A stretch of DNA of 59,574 bases, filler included, from Dimargaris cristalligena (lineage: Eukaryota), in NCBI GenBank assembly GCA_003614675.1. It is 2 parts of 2 records of this genome, joined end to end, with 100 filler letters (N's around TTAATTAATTAA, not from the genome) between each part and the next. Parts side by side here need not be neighbours in the genome. Positions count along the whole stretch, not along the records: positions 1 to 29,741 come from ML002474.1; 1 more part is not named here. One strand, 5' to 3'. Shown here piece after piece: positions 12,669 through 23,118 of this stretch. Made by a program: the position numbers and the translations under genes. Below the pieces are notes generated by a model, which did not search any database, was not told where the DNA came from, and worked only from the letters and a program-made list of their open reading frames with translations. The first letter of the stretch is position 1; each line of letters opens with the position of its first letter.

Positions 12669-13255
12669 TGTTGGCCCTTCTAATCCACCTTAATCTGGAC
12701 ACTGGGCTGTCTGCCCTGATTAGGCCTTATAGCACCATGTTAACCTTCCCATGGCCACCCCCAGTACTATGGGATCACCCTATATCACATAACCCTTCCC
12801 CTTCCAGACTCCAGCTCTTTGCACTAATCACTCAGCATGCTGATCTGAGGACTCTTCTGGTTAACCTGAGAGTCTTCCAGATACTAGTAACCATCTGGTT
12901 AGCCTATTCTCACTATATACCTTAGTTACCTATATTCTTCCCTTGGGACCTCCCTCTGGAGTTGTCCCTGTGTATATATAATCAGGCCCCCTTGGGACTG
13001 GTTAGATACCTTAGCTTATTTCTTACCCCCTAGTTTACTCCAATAAACTTCATATATACTCACCCCCTCATACAGACTTGTAACTGTGCCCACTGCACAT
13101 CCCTTGCATAACTAATCACCTAGGCCTTTATTAGTTAGTACTGTTCCCCACACCTAATACTAGTAGCCCACTTGGCTGAGTCTAAAGCCCTACCTACCAT
13201 TAGAAGCCTATCCCTGGGACTCTTGATGGACTAAAAGTGGCAAACCTGGGTGACA
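12669..13255. mobile_element. Solo LTR (587 bp), copy 1, with 5-bp target-site duplication
   Basis: Ends TGTTG...TGACA (inferred ancestral TGTCG...CGACA). Flanked by AACTA (12664-12668) and AACCA (13256-13260). Homologous to 13313-13896 (inverted) and 29281-29572 (direct). No CpG seen. Confidence 0.75.
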
Positions 13256-13312
13256 AACCAGTTTAAATATTATATTGAAATAGTTTATTAATTTATTTTG
13301 GGGGGTTATGGA

Positions 13313-13896
13313 TATTGCATGGGTTAGCCACTCTTAGTCTGCCAAGAGCCCTGAGGATAGGCTTCTAATGGTAAGTAGGGTTTAGGTTTGGCCAAGTAGG
13401 CTACTAGCATCAGGTATAGGGTATGGGTACTAACTAATAAAGGCTAAGTATGATGATATATAAGGGGCATATAGTAGGCACACTTACTAGTCAGTACAAG
13501 GAAAGTAAGTATATATAGGGTTTATTGGGGTAAACTCAGGGGTAGGAATAAGCTAAGGAAACTAACTGGGCCCCATTGGGACTAGTTATATATATATGGA
13601 GATAACTCCAGAAGGAGGTCCCAAGGGGAGGATACTACTAAGACTAAGGTATAGATAAATAGGCCAACTGGATGGCCATTAGTATCTGGAAGACTCTGAT
13701 GGTAACTGGAAGAGTCTTTGGATTAGTACTCAAGTAATTAGTATAAAGGGGTAGAGTCCAGAAGGGGAAGGGTTATATGATATAGGATGATCCCATAGTA
13801 CTAGGGGTGACTATAGGAAGGTTAGTATGATGCTATAAGGCCTAATAGGGATGGATACTAAAGTATCTGGATTAAGGAGGATTAAATAGTCTAATA
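13313..13896. mobile_element. LTR copy 2 (584 bp), inverted relative to copy 1
   Basis: The reverse complement aligns along the length of copy 1 (e.g. ATTAGGCCTTATAGCA, AACCCTTCCCCTTC, CCATTAGAAGCCTATCC). Termini are mutated to TATTG/CTAATA. No matching TSD found. A G-run at 13300-13305 could be a PPT remnant. Confidence 0.75.
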
Positions 13897-14400
13897 AAGA
13901 CTTTACTCATTGTTTTCTTTAACTCCAAAGGGATTAGCCACCAGGAATTCACTCCCCAAGGCCAAATAGTCACTGGTCAGTACTGCCTGGGAGACTTGAC
14001 ATACCTACTGACAAGAATCAACTGTATACAGTTAGAGTATAAGGTGTAAGGATCCTGGGGTCTCCTCTCTGACAATGTACCCACATGTAAGTGCAAAATC
14101 ATCTGGGTATTTTTGGCTAAAAAGGGTGTGGTAATACTTGACCACCTGCTGTATTTACCTAATTTAGCCCCAGCTGACTTCTAGATGTTCCTAAAACCCA
14201 AGCTAGCCATGAAAGGGGAGCATTACAGCCCCATAAAGGACATCTAAGATACTTTAACTGATATCCTGAAGGGTATCCCAAAGGAGGGGTTTCCAAGCTA
14301 CTTTCACTCATTGTTTAGGTGATTCCAATAGTGTATTAATAAAAAAGGATCTTATATTGAATAAACAAAAAATAATATATAGATCTCAAACTGTTTTCAT
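13897..14400 (-). pseudogene. Possible hypermutated pseudogene of a secreted protein, ending at LTR copy 2
   Basis: AAAATG at 14400 lies about 170 bp downstream of the TATATAAA box. Frame reads MKTV*DLYIIFCLFNIRSFFINTLLESPKQ*VKVAWKPLLWDTLQDIS*SIL..., with a hydrophobic N-terminus and many stops in a CpG-free tract. Stop density is not lower than random. Confidence 0.3.
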
Positions 14401-14472
14401 TTTAGAGCACCAGTGACAGAACTTTTGGGTTAGACTATGTATATGCTATTAGTGAGCAAGTGAAGGGAGCGT

Positions 14473-14826
14473 TTTATTTAAAGACAGTGAAATGGAAATA
14501 GGAGAGCATGGTAGCATTTGGAACACTAGTAAACTGAGGAGCTATTCGTAAGATAATCGACATACCCTTTATATAGTCAGTACTATTCCATCTTGTACAG
14601 ACGTTAGTGCCTGGTGGACTTGTCCGGTCGAGATAAGGACCTCAGAGATCAAAGTCGTCATAGTGACGTTTACGACACTTCTTTATCTATTGGCAGGGGT
14701 TCTGGACAGTTGTCCCCCTGGTTATTTTGGTCCTGGGGCATGATATCGTTGGACCAGGGTGATGCCACGTTAGTGTTATCAGAACTGCGGCCGGTTATCG
14801 GGGTGGAAGTAATATATATATAAGCC
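14473..14826 (-). repeat. Diverged duplicated TATA-containing block, copy B
   Basis: GAACACTAGTAAACTGAGG (14521), ACCCTTTATATAGTC (14564) and GGGTGGAAGTAATATATATAT (14801), colinear with 6958-7325. Confidence 0.65.
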
Positions 14827-15267
14827 TTGAGTCAGGAATTTATTTAATAAAAATTTAATAGTAACAAGATTTATTGCTAAAACAGAGGCAGTGAATAATG
14901 CATTTTTTGTAAAACCCAGTCCAATCCAGCAGAGGTCGTTTTGAAACCTACACGAGAATATCCTTTGGAACTGGTAAGAATGGCAATCTTGTTATACCAA
15001 TAGTTGCACTACCTAGTGTTCTATTTTTACTATACACGAACATTGAATAATCTACTAATAATATTATCTACACTGACCACTTAAATTTTCCAATTATTAT
15101 TTTGAAGGAACACCCCATTGGCGGTTCTATACTATAACACGTTATGGTTCTGACTAGACCATGTCTACCGAAAGAATCCACCAGCCTTGCCAATGCTGTT
15201 TGACTGCTTCGGGTTAAGATGTGTTCAAAATTACTGATTTCTATTTCTTTTTTGTCCATTTTTGCCC

Positions 15268-18198
15268 ATGTCGTGCCATCGTTGCATGCTTCTCACTAGC
15301 CGCTGGCCAAAGTACCCCTGGGTCCGATCCGTTTCGAGCCATGCGGGAAAGCGGCCGCCGCCAATTCCACCAACTACCACCAGGTCTGCCCCATTGGGAC
15401 CTTCTTCTCCGCGCCGGACTACCCCTTTGCCCTCACCGAATTCCACCCCCGTCCGCCCACCCCTGGTCTCTAGCAAATCCCCCCAAGCGGAATTGGCTGA
15501 GCTATTGGCCAAGGGCTTGGTACTGGAGGCCCGGGTCTTGTTCTTTAATCTTCTCCGTAGTACACCCCAGGCCCGACTGGAGCCCGCCATCTACGAAAGG
15601 CTATTCGGCTCTTTGCGGTTTCTGACTGACCCGCAGGGACGAATTGACCCGGTGGTATCCCAAGACATCGGTGCGGTTGCGGCCCGGGTCCAGCGGGAGC
15701 CCGAGCGGTGGCTGGCACGGTTTCGTGGACTTAAGTGGGCGTCGTCACTTTCCGTGGTTGCCGAATTCCGAAGCGCGGCGATGGCTCTCATTGCCATTGG
15801 CCAATTGGACCAGGCCATCCGGTTAATCCATAGCGCTATACACCATGGGTACCGGTTGGACGAAGGTACACTACACGCCGCTGCCCGGGCGGCCCTGATC
15901 ACTCCGGAAAGTAAAGGGCACTTGCAGCTTCTCCAGCTGATGCACGCGTTCGATATCAAGCCCCTGACCGCTTACATCGAAAACATGATCAAGGCATATA
16001 CCTCAACATACGACGGCATGGATATGTTTAAGCTATTTTTGTACCAGCTCCGGGCTATGCAATGTCCCCCGATTATCCAATATTACGCGACCATTGCCGC
16101 CCATACGCTCAGCAATGATCCGGACACGGATCTTATTTTATGGCTCTTCCACTCTAATATGCCACCGGATCTTCGTCGGTGGGCCCCTAAAAGGCTTTTT
16201 TGGTGGACTGCTATGCTTTGCCGAATTGGCCGTGTTCACTTGGCCTATCGCCTGTACCGAGCCGCACTGGACTTTGGATATAAGCCCCAAATCGAATCCC
16301 AGTGGCTGTTGGCCCGGGAGGCCCTCATCCACGATCCGAGTTTGGTGCCTGGACTAGTGGCCGAAATGACCGCGACGAATCCGACCCCCACCACCTCCAA
16401 CGCATCCACATCCGCATCCCTGACTCCCCCCCAAAAGGACGATAGGCCACCCAAACTTGATCCGTCACAATGGGAGAGAACTGTCCACAGCCTATTTATT
16501 TCGCATATCCACAAAGTGTCCCACATGACGCTACTTGAGTTCCTCGACAATTTGCGAGTGCACTACCAGTACGACCTACTCCATCAGGCACTTGTGGCCC
16601 TCATTCGGGCCCCTCCCCGTACTAAAGGCTGGCTAGGGACTATGCTTTATGGACTCGAAAGTAAAGGGGCTACCACGATTATCTGGACCGCTTACGACGC
16701 TTGGAAACGGGGCCAACTCCCCCTTCGCATTATGGATAAGACGTTACTTCTTAATTCTTTGGCGGCCATTGGCGAACCGGAGGCGGTGCGTACGCTGTAC
16801 CATGGTGCTCCCCAATCCCACGATGTCCGGAATACCTACCATTACCAGTTCTTGCTATACCCTCTGGTGATGGCCGGATTCCACGATCTGGTCTACGATT
16901 TCTACACCCATTACGCCCAGTGTAGGCCTCCCACGAGCACGACCAAATCCACCCACGTAGTAGTCAACCATGCCTTATCGAGCAGTGCAGCTATTAGAGA
17001 CACCCAGTGGTTCGACCGGATACAGCAAGATATGCAGCAGTGGGGTCTCCCGGCTAACGAGTATACCTATGCCGCCATCCTGCGCGGCCACTTTATAGCC
17101 GGGAACCACGCGGCAGTACAGACTACTCTTACCCGGCTAAGTGGTCGTCCGGAAATTCACACCGGTTTGGTGGTTAAGAAGGCGCTGGGCTTTCTGGCGA
17201 TCAGCCATCGTATCCCCGAAGCATTGCAGTTCGTGGGATGGGCCGTGGCGCAACAGCTGCCCATCGATCTGGGGGCATTTAGCACCCTTTGCTACGCGGT
17301 GGTTGGTTTGGGCCGAGTCGCTCTGTTCCCCTACCTCGTACCATTATGTAAAGACCGGCCCATCACGCCCGGCAGTTTAAATTTTTTGATGTTCAATGCC
17401 CTTTTTTACCGCGAGTACGAGCACTGTATCGAGCTGTTCCAGACCCACTACGAGGCCCCAGAGTTAAGATCGCAGGCCCTGATCGACCCCTTCACCATCG
17501 CCTCCATTTATCTCGAACAATGGGAGCCGTGTCTCGCGGTACTGCGTTCCGGCGAACTCACCCACCACAGTCGTACCCTGATCCTGACCCGCGTCTTGGA
17601 GTTCGGTGGCAGTCACCGGAGCCCGACCATCGTCCGGGGGGTGACGACCCTGTTGGATCAGCTAAATATGTGGGGGCAGCCGCGCAGTTTCGTATTTTAC
17701 ACGGGATTATTCCAAGTCTACTCGCGTTTCGAGGACCACGCCGCCATGGCCACCCTCTGGGCCGATTTGCAACGCAACCCACATAGTATGGGGAACTGCA
17801 CCCTCTCGGTGTTGATTGACTGTGGCCGGATCCACCAATTTCCCCCCCTGGCCGAAGTCTTGGAATCGGCCGCGGCCCGGGGTTTAGAATTCAACGCCGG
17901 TAACTTTACCAGTTTGGTCGAATACTATTGCCATACCAATAACCCCCAGGCGGTTTTGACGGTCCTGACCCACGATATGCCCCAGCGGTGCATTGCCGTG
18001 GATCGGAAGTTAATGCGACACATCGCCTTCATCATCCAGCAGTTCGGCTCCCCTGAATCAATCGGCCAGATCCAACGTTTTGTGGCTGATACCCGGAACC
18101 AGGATTGGTTCGACTGGTGGAATGGGGCCTGTGCGGATTATATTTCCCAATGTCGGGAGGCCGAGGCCGATCGGATCAGAAAGGAAAACGGTCGTTGA
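15268..18198 (+). CDS. Pentatricopeptide-repeat-like protein, probably mitochondrial
   Basis: Intronless ~976-aa ORF (first ATG 15268). Arg/Ser-rich, acid-free N-terminus. PPR-like units such as PANEYTYAAILRGHFIAGN, SFVFYTGLFQVYSRFEDHAAMATLWADLQ and NAGNFTSLVEYYCHTNN. Confidence 0.75.
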   Translation: MSCHRCMLLTSRWPKYPWVRSVSSHAGKRPPPIPPTTTRSAPLGPSSPRRTTPLPSPNSTPVRPPLVSSKSPQAELAELLAKGLVLEARVLFFNLLRSTPQARLEPAIYERLFGSLRFLTDPQGRIDPVVSQDIGAVAARVQREPERWLARFRGLKWASSLSVVAEFRSAAMALIAIGQLDQAIRLIHSAIHHGYRLDEGTLHAAARAALITPESKGHLQLLQLMHAFDIKPLTAYIENMIKAYTSTYDGMDMFKLFLYQLRAMQCPPIIQYYATIAAHTLSNDPDTDLILWLFHSNMPPDLRRWAPKRLFWWTAMLCRIGRVHLAYRLYRAALDFGYKPQIESQWLLAREALIHDPSLVPGLVAEMTATNPTPTTSNASTSASLTPPQKDDRPPKLDPSQWERTVHSLFISHIHKVSHMTLLEFLDNLRVHYQYDLLHQALVALIRAPPRTKGWLGTMLYGLESKGATTIIWTAYDAWKRGQLPLRIMDKTLLLNSLAAIGEPEAVRTLYHGAPQSHDVRNTYHYQFLLYPLVMAGFHDLVYDFYTHYAQCRPPTSTTKSTHVVVNHALSSSAAIRDTQWFDRIQQDMQQWGLPANEYTYAAILRGHFIAGNHAAVQTTLTRLSGRPEIHTGLVVKKALGFLAISHRIPEALQFVGWAVAQQLPIDLGAFSTLCYAVVGLGRVALFPYLVPLCKDRPITPGSLNFLMFNALFYREYEHCIELFQTHYEAPELRSQALIDPFTIASIYLEQWEPCLAVLRSGELTHHSRTLILTRVLEFGGSHRSPTIVRGVTTLLDQLNMWGQPRSFVFYTGLFQVYSRFEDHAAMATLWADLQRNPHSMGNCTLSVLIDCGRIHQFPPLAEVLESAAARGLEFNAGNFTSLVEYYCHTNNPQAVLTVLTHDMPQRCIAVDRKLMRHIAFIIQQFGSPESIGQIQRFVADTRNQDWFDWWNGACADYISQCREAEADRIRKENGR

Positions 18199-19119
18199 AG
18201 AAGGTAACCCGACCCTAACTTTTTTTTTCCTTCGACTATAGAGGCACCTGAATTTGATTAAAGGAATTGGCTATATCATCGATGGAGTATATACCCTCAA
18301 TTACACATTTCAATACTATTTTTTACCGAATATAACTTAAAGGGGACAGGGTAATACAAAGTGCAGATGCATTGAACCGAACAGCTAGGCGAATCCTGGT
18401 AAGTCTCGTAAAGTTCGCATTATGATTATAAATGATTATAAACGATGTGAGGGAAGGAAAGTCACAGGCTGATATTGGTGAAATATGCTCTTAGGCCAAA
18501 CCAGGGCTTTTCTACCCGCGAGGCGGTGCAGACGGTGTGAAATGACTTGAAAAATAGGTTAGCAATCGGCTTACTGAGTCTAGTTTTAACATGGTGCTTT
18601 GATCGAAATTACCCCTCAGTGTAATTTAAATAAGATTGGTAATGACCAGGCCCAACATTCAGTGATACAAAAAAGTGTGCATTGTTCTACCAGGGGGTTG
18701 CAAAACAACAGGACATGTCCAGAAAATGTAATTATGGGTGATCATCAAATATCTTTTAGCTAGCTAAATAAAACGATAGACGGAATCTGCAAATAGCTGT
18801 TCAGCGATTCGTATTCAAGACACAATGTTATTATTTAATTATTTTATTGCTCCCTTACAAGTAAACTGCGGTGCGGAAGTACATGTATATGTGTGTTTTT
18901 TCTGTTCGGTAACGGTGCCAGTGTTGCATAGATAGAGAGGAAAAGGCTGATAATTAGATGTTTTTCAAGTGGGACAATTTTAACTAGCTAATCCGAAAGT
19001 AGTCCAGTAGGCTGGAAGAGGTAAAGATAGTGGGCGACGGTATTATAAAAAAATAAAGAAATGCCGATTAAAGTATGAGGGTTGTCTCGCCCGCCAATAA
19101 AAAAGAAGAGAGTAGAAAA

Positions 19120-21134
19120 TTAGTCCTCATCCCAGTTGCTGTTGTTCTTGGGGGGTTTAGGGCCACCAGCGGGTTTGCTCATAATAATTTGATCCACCTT
19201 GAGAATGGTCAAGGCAGCGGAGGTCGCGTAGCGCAAGGCCCACTGCTTAACGACTAAGACATCAAAGATGTTGTTCTGGACGGCATCAAGGACCCCCGAC
19301 GACGACGCCGACACCTCACCCACAGTACCGGCCAAGGTAGTAGCGGCCACCGTACTGGTAGCGGCTTCCACATCAACGCCAAAGACGCCGCGGTCCGATT
19401 TGTAGTGGGCCGAGTACAGCTTGGCGATGGTTTCGGAGCTATCGAGACCGGCGTTTTCGGCCAAGGTGCGGGGAATGACCTCAAGGGCTTCGGCGTACTT
19501 CTTGATGGCGTGTTGGTTCAGACCGGGGGTCTTTTCACCGTAGTTGGCCAAACGCTTGGACAGGGCCATTTCAGTGGCTCCGGCGCCGGCCAACAGGCGG
19601 GTGTCCTTGGTCAGGGCCTTGATGACGTTGACGCCATCATCGATGGCACGCTCCAGGTCGTCCAAGTGGTTCTGGGTGGCTCCACGAATCACAATGGTGA
19701 CAGTCTTGGTCGCCTCGGCCTCCTGACGGAAGACCGTGACCCGGTCCCCGCCAATTTCCACGGACTCCACCACATCACAGTAACCCATTTCCTCAGGGGT
19801 AGGGGCACCCAAACGGGCCAGAGCGGTAGCACCGGTAACGCGGCACAGACGGCGGAGATCAAATTTGGAGAGCACCTTGAGGGCCATGATGCCGTAGCGG
19901 TTGAGGTAGTGCATGACCAAGTCACCGATACCCGAGCCGGTCACAATCACCTTGACGCCAGCATCCGCCAGTTCCTTGACCTGAGTCTCAATCAGGACCT
20001 CTTCGCCCTTGGAGAAGTCAAGCATCTCCTGGGCGCTCGAGAGCAGCACGGTGCCCTTGGTTTCAGTCTGCGAGATATCCAAGGAACAGGTGAAGATGGC
20101 TACCTTGGCCTGGTTGGCGTTACGGACGATGCCTTCGGGCTGGCGAGCGAACACCATACCCCGCAGGACGCGGCTGTCATAGATGCCGCCACCCATGATC
20201 TTAACCACGCGCACACCGTCGACGCTGAACTGGGCGGGGTTCTTGGGCATGATCTGACCCACGGCCTCGGTGACCAGGTCGGCGAGGAGGTCTTCGTAGC
20301 CGTATTGCTTCGACGCAATGGCGGTACGGACGGCCTTGCGGAGCTCGGCGGGGTCGGCGAGACTGTTGACCTTATCGACCACCAGCTCCTCGAGAATTTC
20401 CTGGGCTTTGGCGGCCGCTAATTCGTAGCCCTGGATAATTTCACTGGGGTGCAGACCCATGCGCAGCAGCATCTCGGCCTTTTGCAATAACTCACCGGCG
20501 AAAATCACCACCAGGTTGGTACCGTCACCGATTTCCTGTTCCTGCTGCTGGCTGCTCATGACCAACAGGCGGGCGGCGGGGTGCACGACCTCCAACTCCC
20601 GGATAATGGTGGCGGCGTCATTGGTGACGAAAAGCTTTTCCAGATGGTTAATCACCATCTTATTGCGACCGTTGGGGCCCAGGGAGGTCCGGGTCATTTC
20701 AGACATTTCCTTAATGGCGCCGATATTCCGAACCACCGCTTCATCGGTTCCTTGAAGATGCTAGGGGGTGGGGAAAATATAAATAGTGTGGGGTGTATCG
20801 AGTACAGTGCCGAGTCGCAAAGGACCGGTGTGGAGAACAGTATATAGTTGTATAACCAGAGTTGTTAGAAAATTAGGTTCGTCACCGAGGATGAAGCAGG
20901 ACTGGACTCGGGCCCGACAAAGTATTCCAAGAATTGCTAGGGTTTCTGTCGGACTCTCGGGAATCAACCCAATAGGTGGTTCGGCCCTAGTATATATATA
21001 GCAACCTGGGAGTAAATGCAGGGTTACGATACGAACCACCGAATGATCAACTCATCTACCGAGAAATGTAGGCGTACCTTGTACCCATCTTTGAAGAGCT
21101 GGGGCATCATGGGTTTGGGAATCCGGAGAGCCAT
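19120..21134 (-). CDS. CCT8: T-complex protein 1 subunit theta (chaperonin CCT8)
   Basis: Exons 21134-21078 (MALRIPKPMMPQLFKDGYK) and 20760-19120. Motifs RTSLGPNGRNKMVINHLEKLFVTNDAATI, GDGTN, SKFDLRRLC and C-terminal VDQIIMSKPAGGPK...WDED. Confidence 0.97.
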
Positions 21135-23118
21135 AGTGAATAATATATATTGAACTCGCTGAGAGGATGGCGGGGTGGAAAATAGGGTGGATCACCAACT
21201 GAACGGGAATTAGCAGATATTTGGAAAAGGAAATCAAGAACCTGGATTTAGTAGCAAGAAAGTAGAAGTAATGATCAAGGTCAGGCAGCGCTGCTGAAGG
21301 GCAAGGCTGTTCTCGCTCAGGCCGGGCCACTCCGCTCACTCGCTCTCTGATGTTCTTTGTCAGTCTAAGGATGACCCAGTCCCAGGCCACTTTTACATGG
21401 GCCTCACCCCTTTAAAGCCCAAGACCGGAGTCGGCTGAATTTTTGTTACTGTAGTGCCCCATTTAATACCATGGGCTTTAGCTTGCAATATACAAGAGTG
21501 GTGGACGTTGATTTAATAACAGTGCTGCCCACACTCTTGGTTGAAATTGGTTTACTAAAGGTCCGCTCAGAGAGAGTCGGTGCACCAGGGCTCATTATAA
21601 ATCTAATAGCTATGGTGTTTAGACCATTCATTTGGTGTATAGTTTACTCTATTCTCACATAGGCCTACCACATCTCTAGTTGGCTATTATTGGCATCTGC
21701 ATGGCTTTGTTTAACTATTGATTCGTCCGAATATTATTATGCCGTCAACTTCCCAAAATAGATCAGGTAGTCTATATTAAATATCTGTAACCAATATACC
21801 CCCCCTTTATTGACCTACTCCCAGCTTATGCTGCATCCTGCTGGATAAACTAACGAATGCGTCCAATTATATAGCCAAAAACCATTACATCTTGATCATT
21901 AGAATCAAAATTATCTGATACAAAATTCAACAGCAGTGACTATCGACCCACACTATATAATGGATAAGCCAACATAACACGCCCTGTGACCAACAGAGAT
22001 CACTCACATTGACTTATTATTTAATTACTTATTTAAAATACTTGTGGCTTACTTTGATAAATGTGTTGAGGTTTTATCTTACTTTTCCCTTCAGGCTCTT
22101 GGCAACACAAGTCTCTAACCCATTGGATAGGATGCTGCCCCTTTGCGCTCCCCATATTGCTCCCCCGCCAAGGCCTAAAACCAATTCCTTTTAAATTCAG
22201 ATGGGCCATCTATGTACCATTACATCTGTCTGGATATGGACAGGCAAGGCCGTGGGGGTTGGATAGCAGGCAGTCGCGTTGGAGGGTGATTCTGTAGAGG
22301 TAGTATCAGGGGAGCAGCCAAGGGGCTATAATGAATTGCTTGCCGTTGACTATTATTGGAGCTGTTACCTCAAAACCCGGCGGATCAATGCAACGGAGTC
22401 CATTTTAGAGTGGCCACCTATGAACCATAAAAGCTATTTTATATATATTTGCGGAGTTTTACGTTTGGATTGGAGTGTTAACGGAATAATTAATGGAAGA
22501 GACAAGCGGATCACTCATTGAGGATTGACGTTGGCACAACTGCGATTGTCCCTGGCCACAAGCGCAGTGTCAGGCCACCTTGGTTATATTCTATACACCG
22601 CCAGCTGGTCACGCTTGCGGGGTTGGTGCCTTTTCAGCTGCTATGTGCGAACCGACCTCCGCCTGGAGTGTGGTACCTCGAAACACTAGCTTTCTATGCA
22701 TGCATTCAATTCTGGTGTTTCGCCCTAGTCTATGCCAAGTATTAGTAAACTTTCCCTCTTTCTTTCCCTTTTCTCTATTAGCATAGCCCTGTTTTCTATA
22801 TAACGACCCTTTTCCACAGAAACATACCAATGTCTCTGTAGTTGTCCTTCCCGCCATTGTTATTCCTCTGTTACGCCCTCCTAATTCATACCTACCTTTA
22901 ATTCCCCCTACCGCGCTGCCTCCCCCAGTGCTCAGTTTAGGGCCCCGAGCCACCTTTTCTAATCTCCACACCAGCTGGAGCCGCCCAGTCCTGCGTCCTA
23001 ACTAGCCGCATACATACTATTATACTTCCAGCCCTTAGTTGTTGACTGCAGTTCGATAGTCGTGAATTCAACGCCGTTCTCCCTTATATTTGGCATCTCT
23101 ATTGCGTTTTCCTTACCC

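Noticed and set aside
12669..13896. Single foldback/MITE element with long TIRs
   Set aside because: Copy 1 has its own TG...CA ends and 5-bp TSD, and a separate copy exists at 29281, which favours two LTRs.
19405..20421. 338-aa antisense ORF over CCT8 (and similar ORFs over PAT1, SCOT and the sorting nexin)
   Set aside because: Shadow ORFs expected from GC3-rich codon bias on the opposite strand; no recognisable domains.
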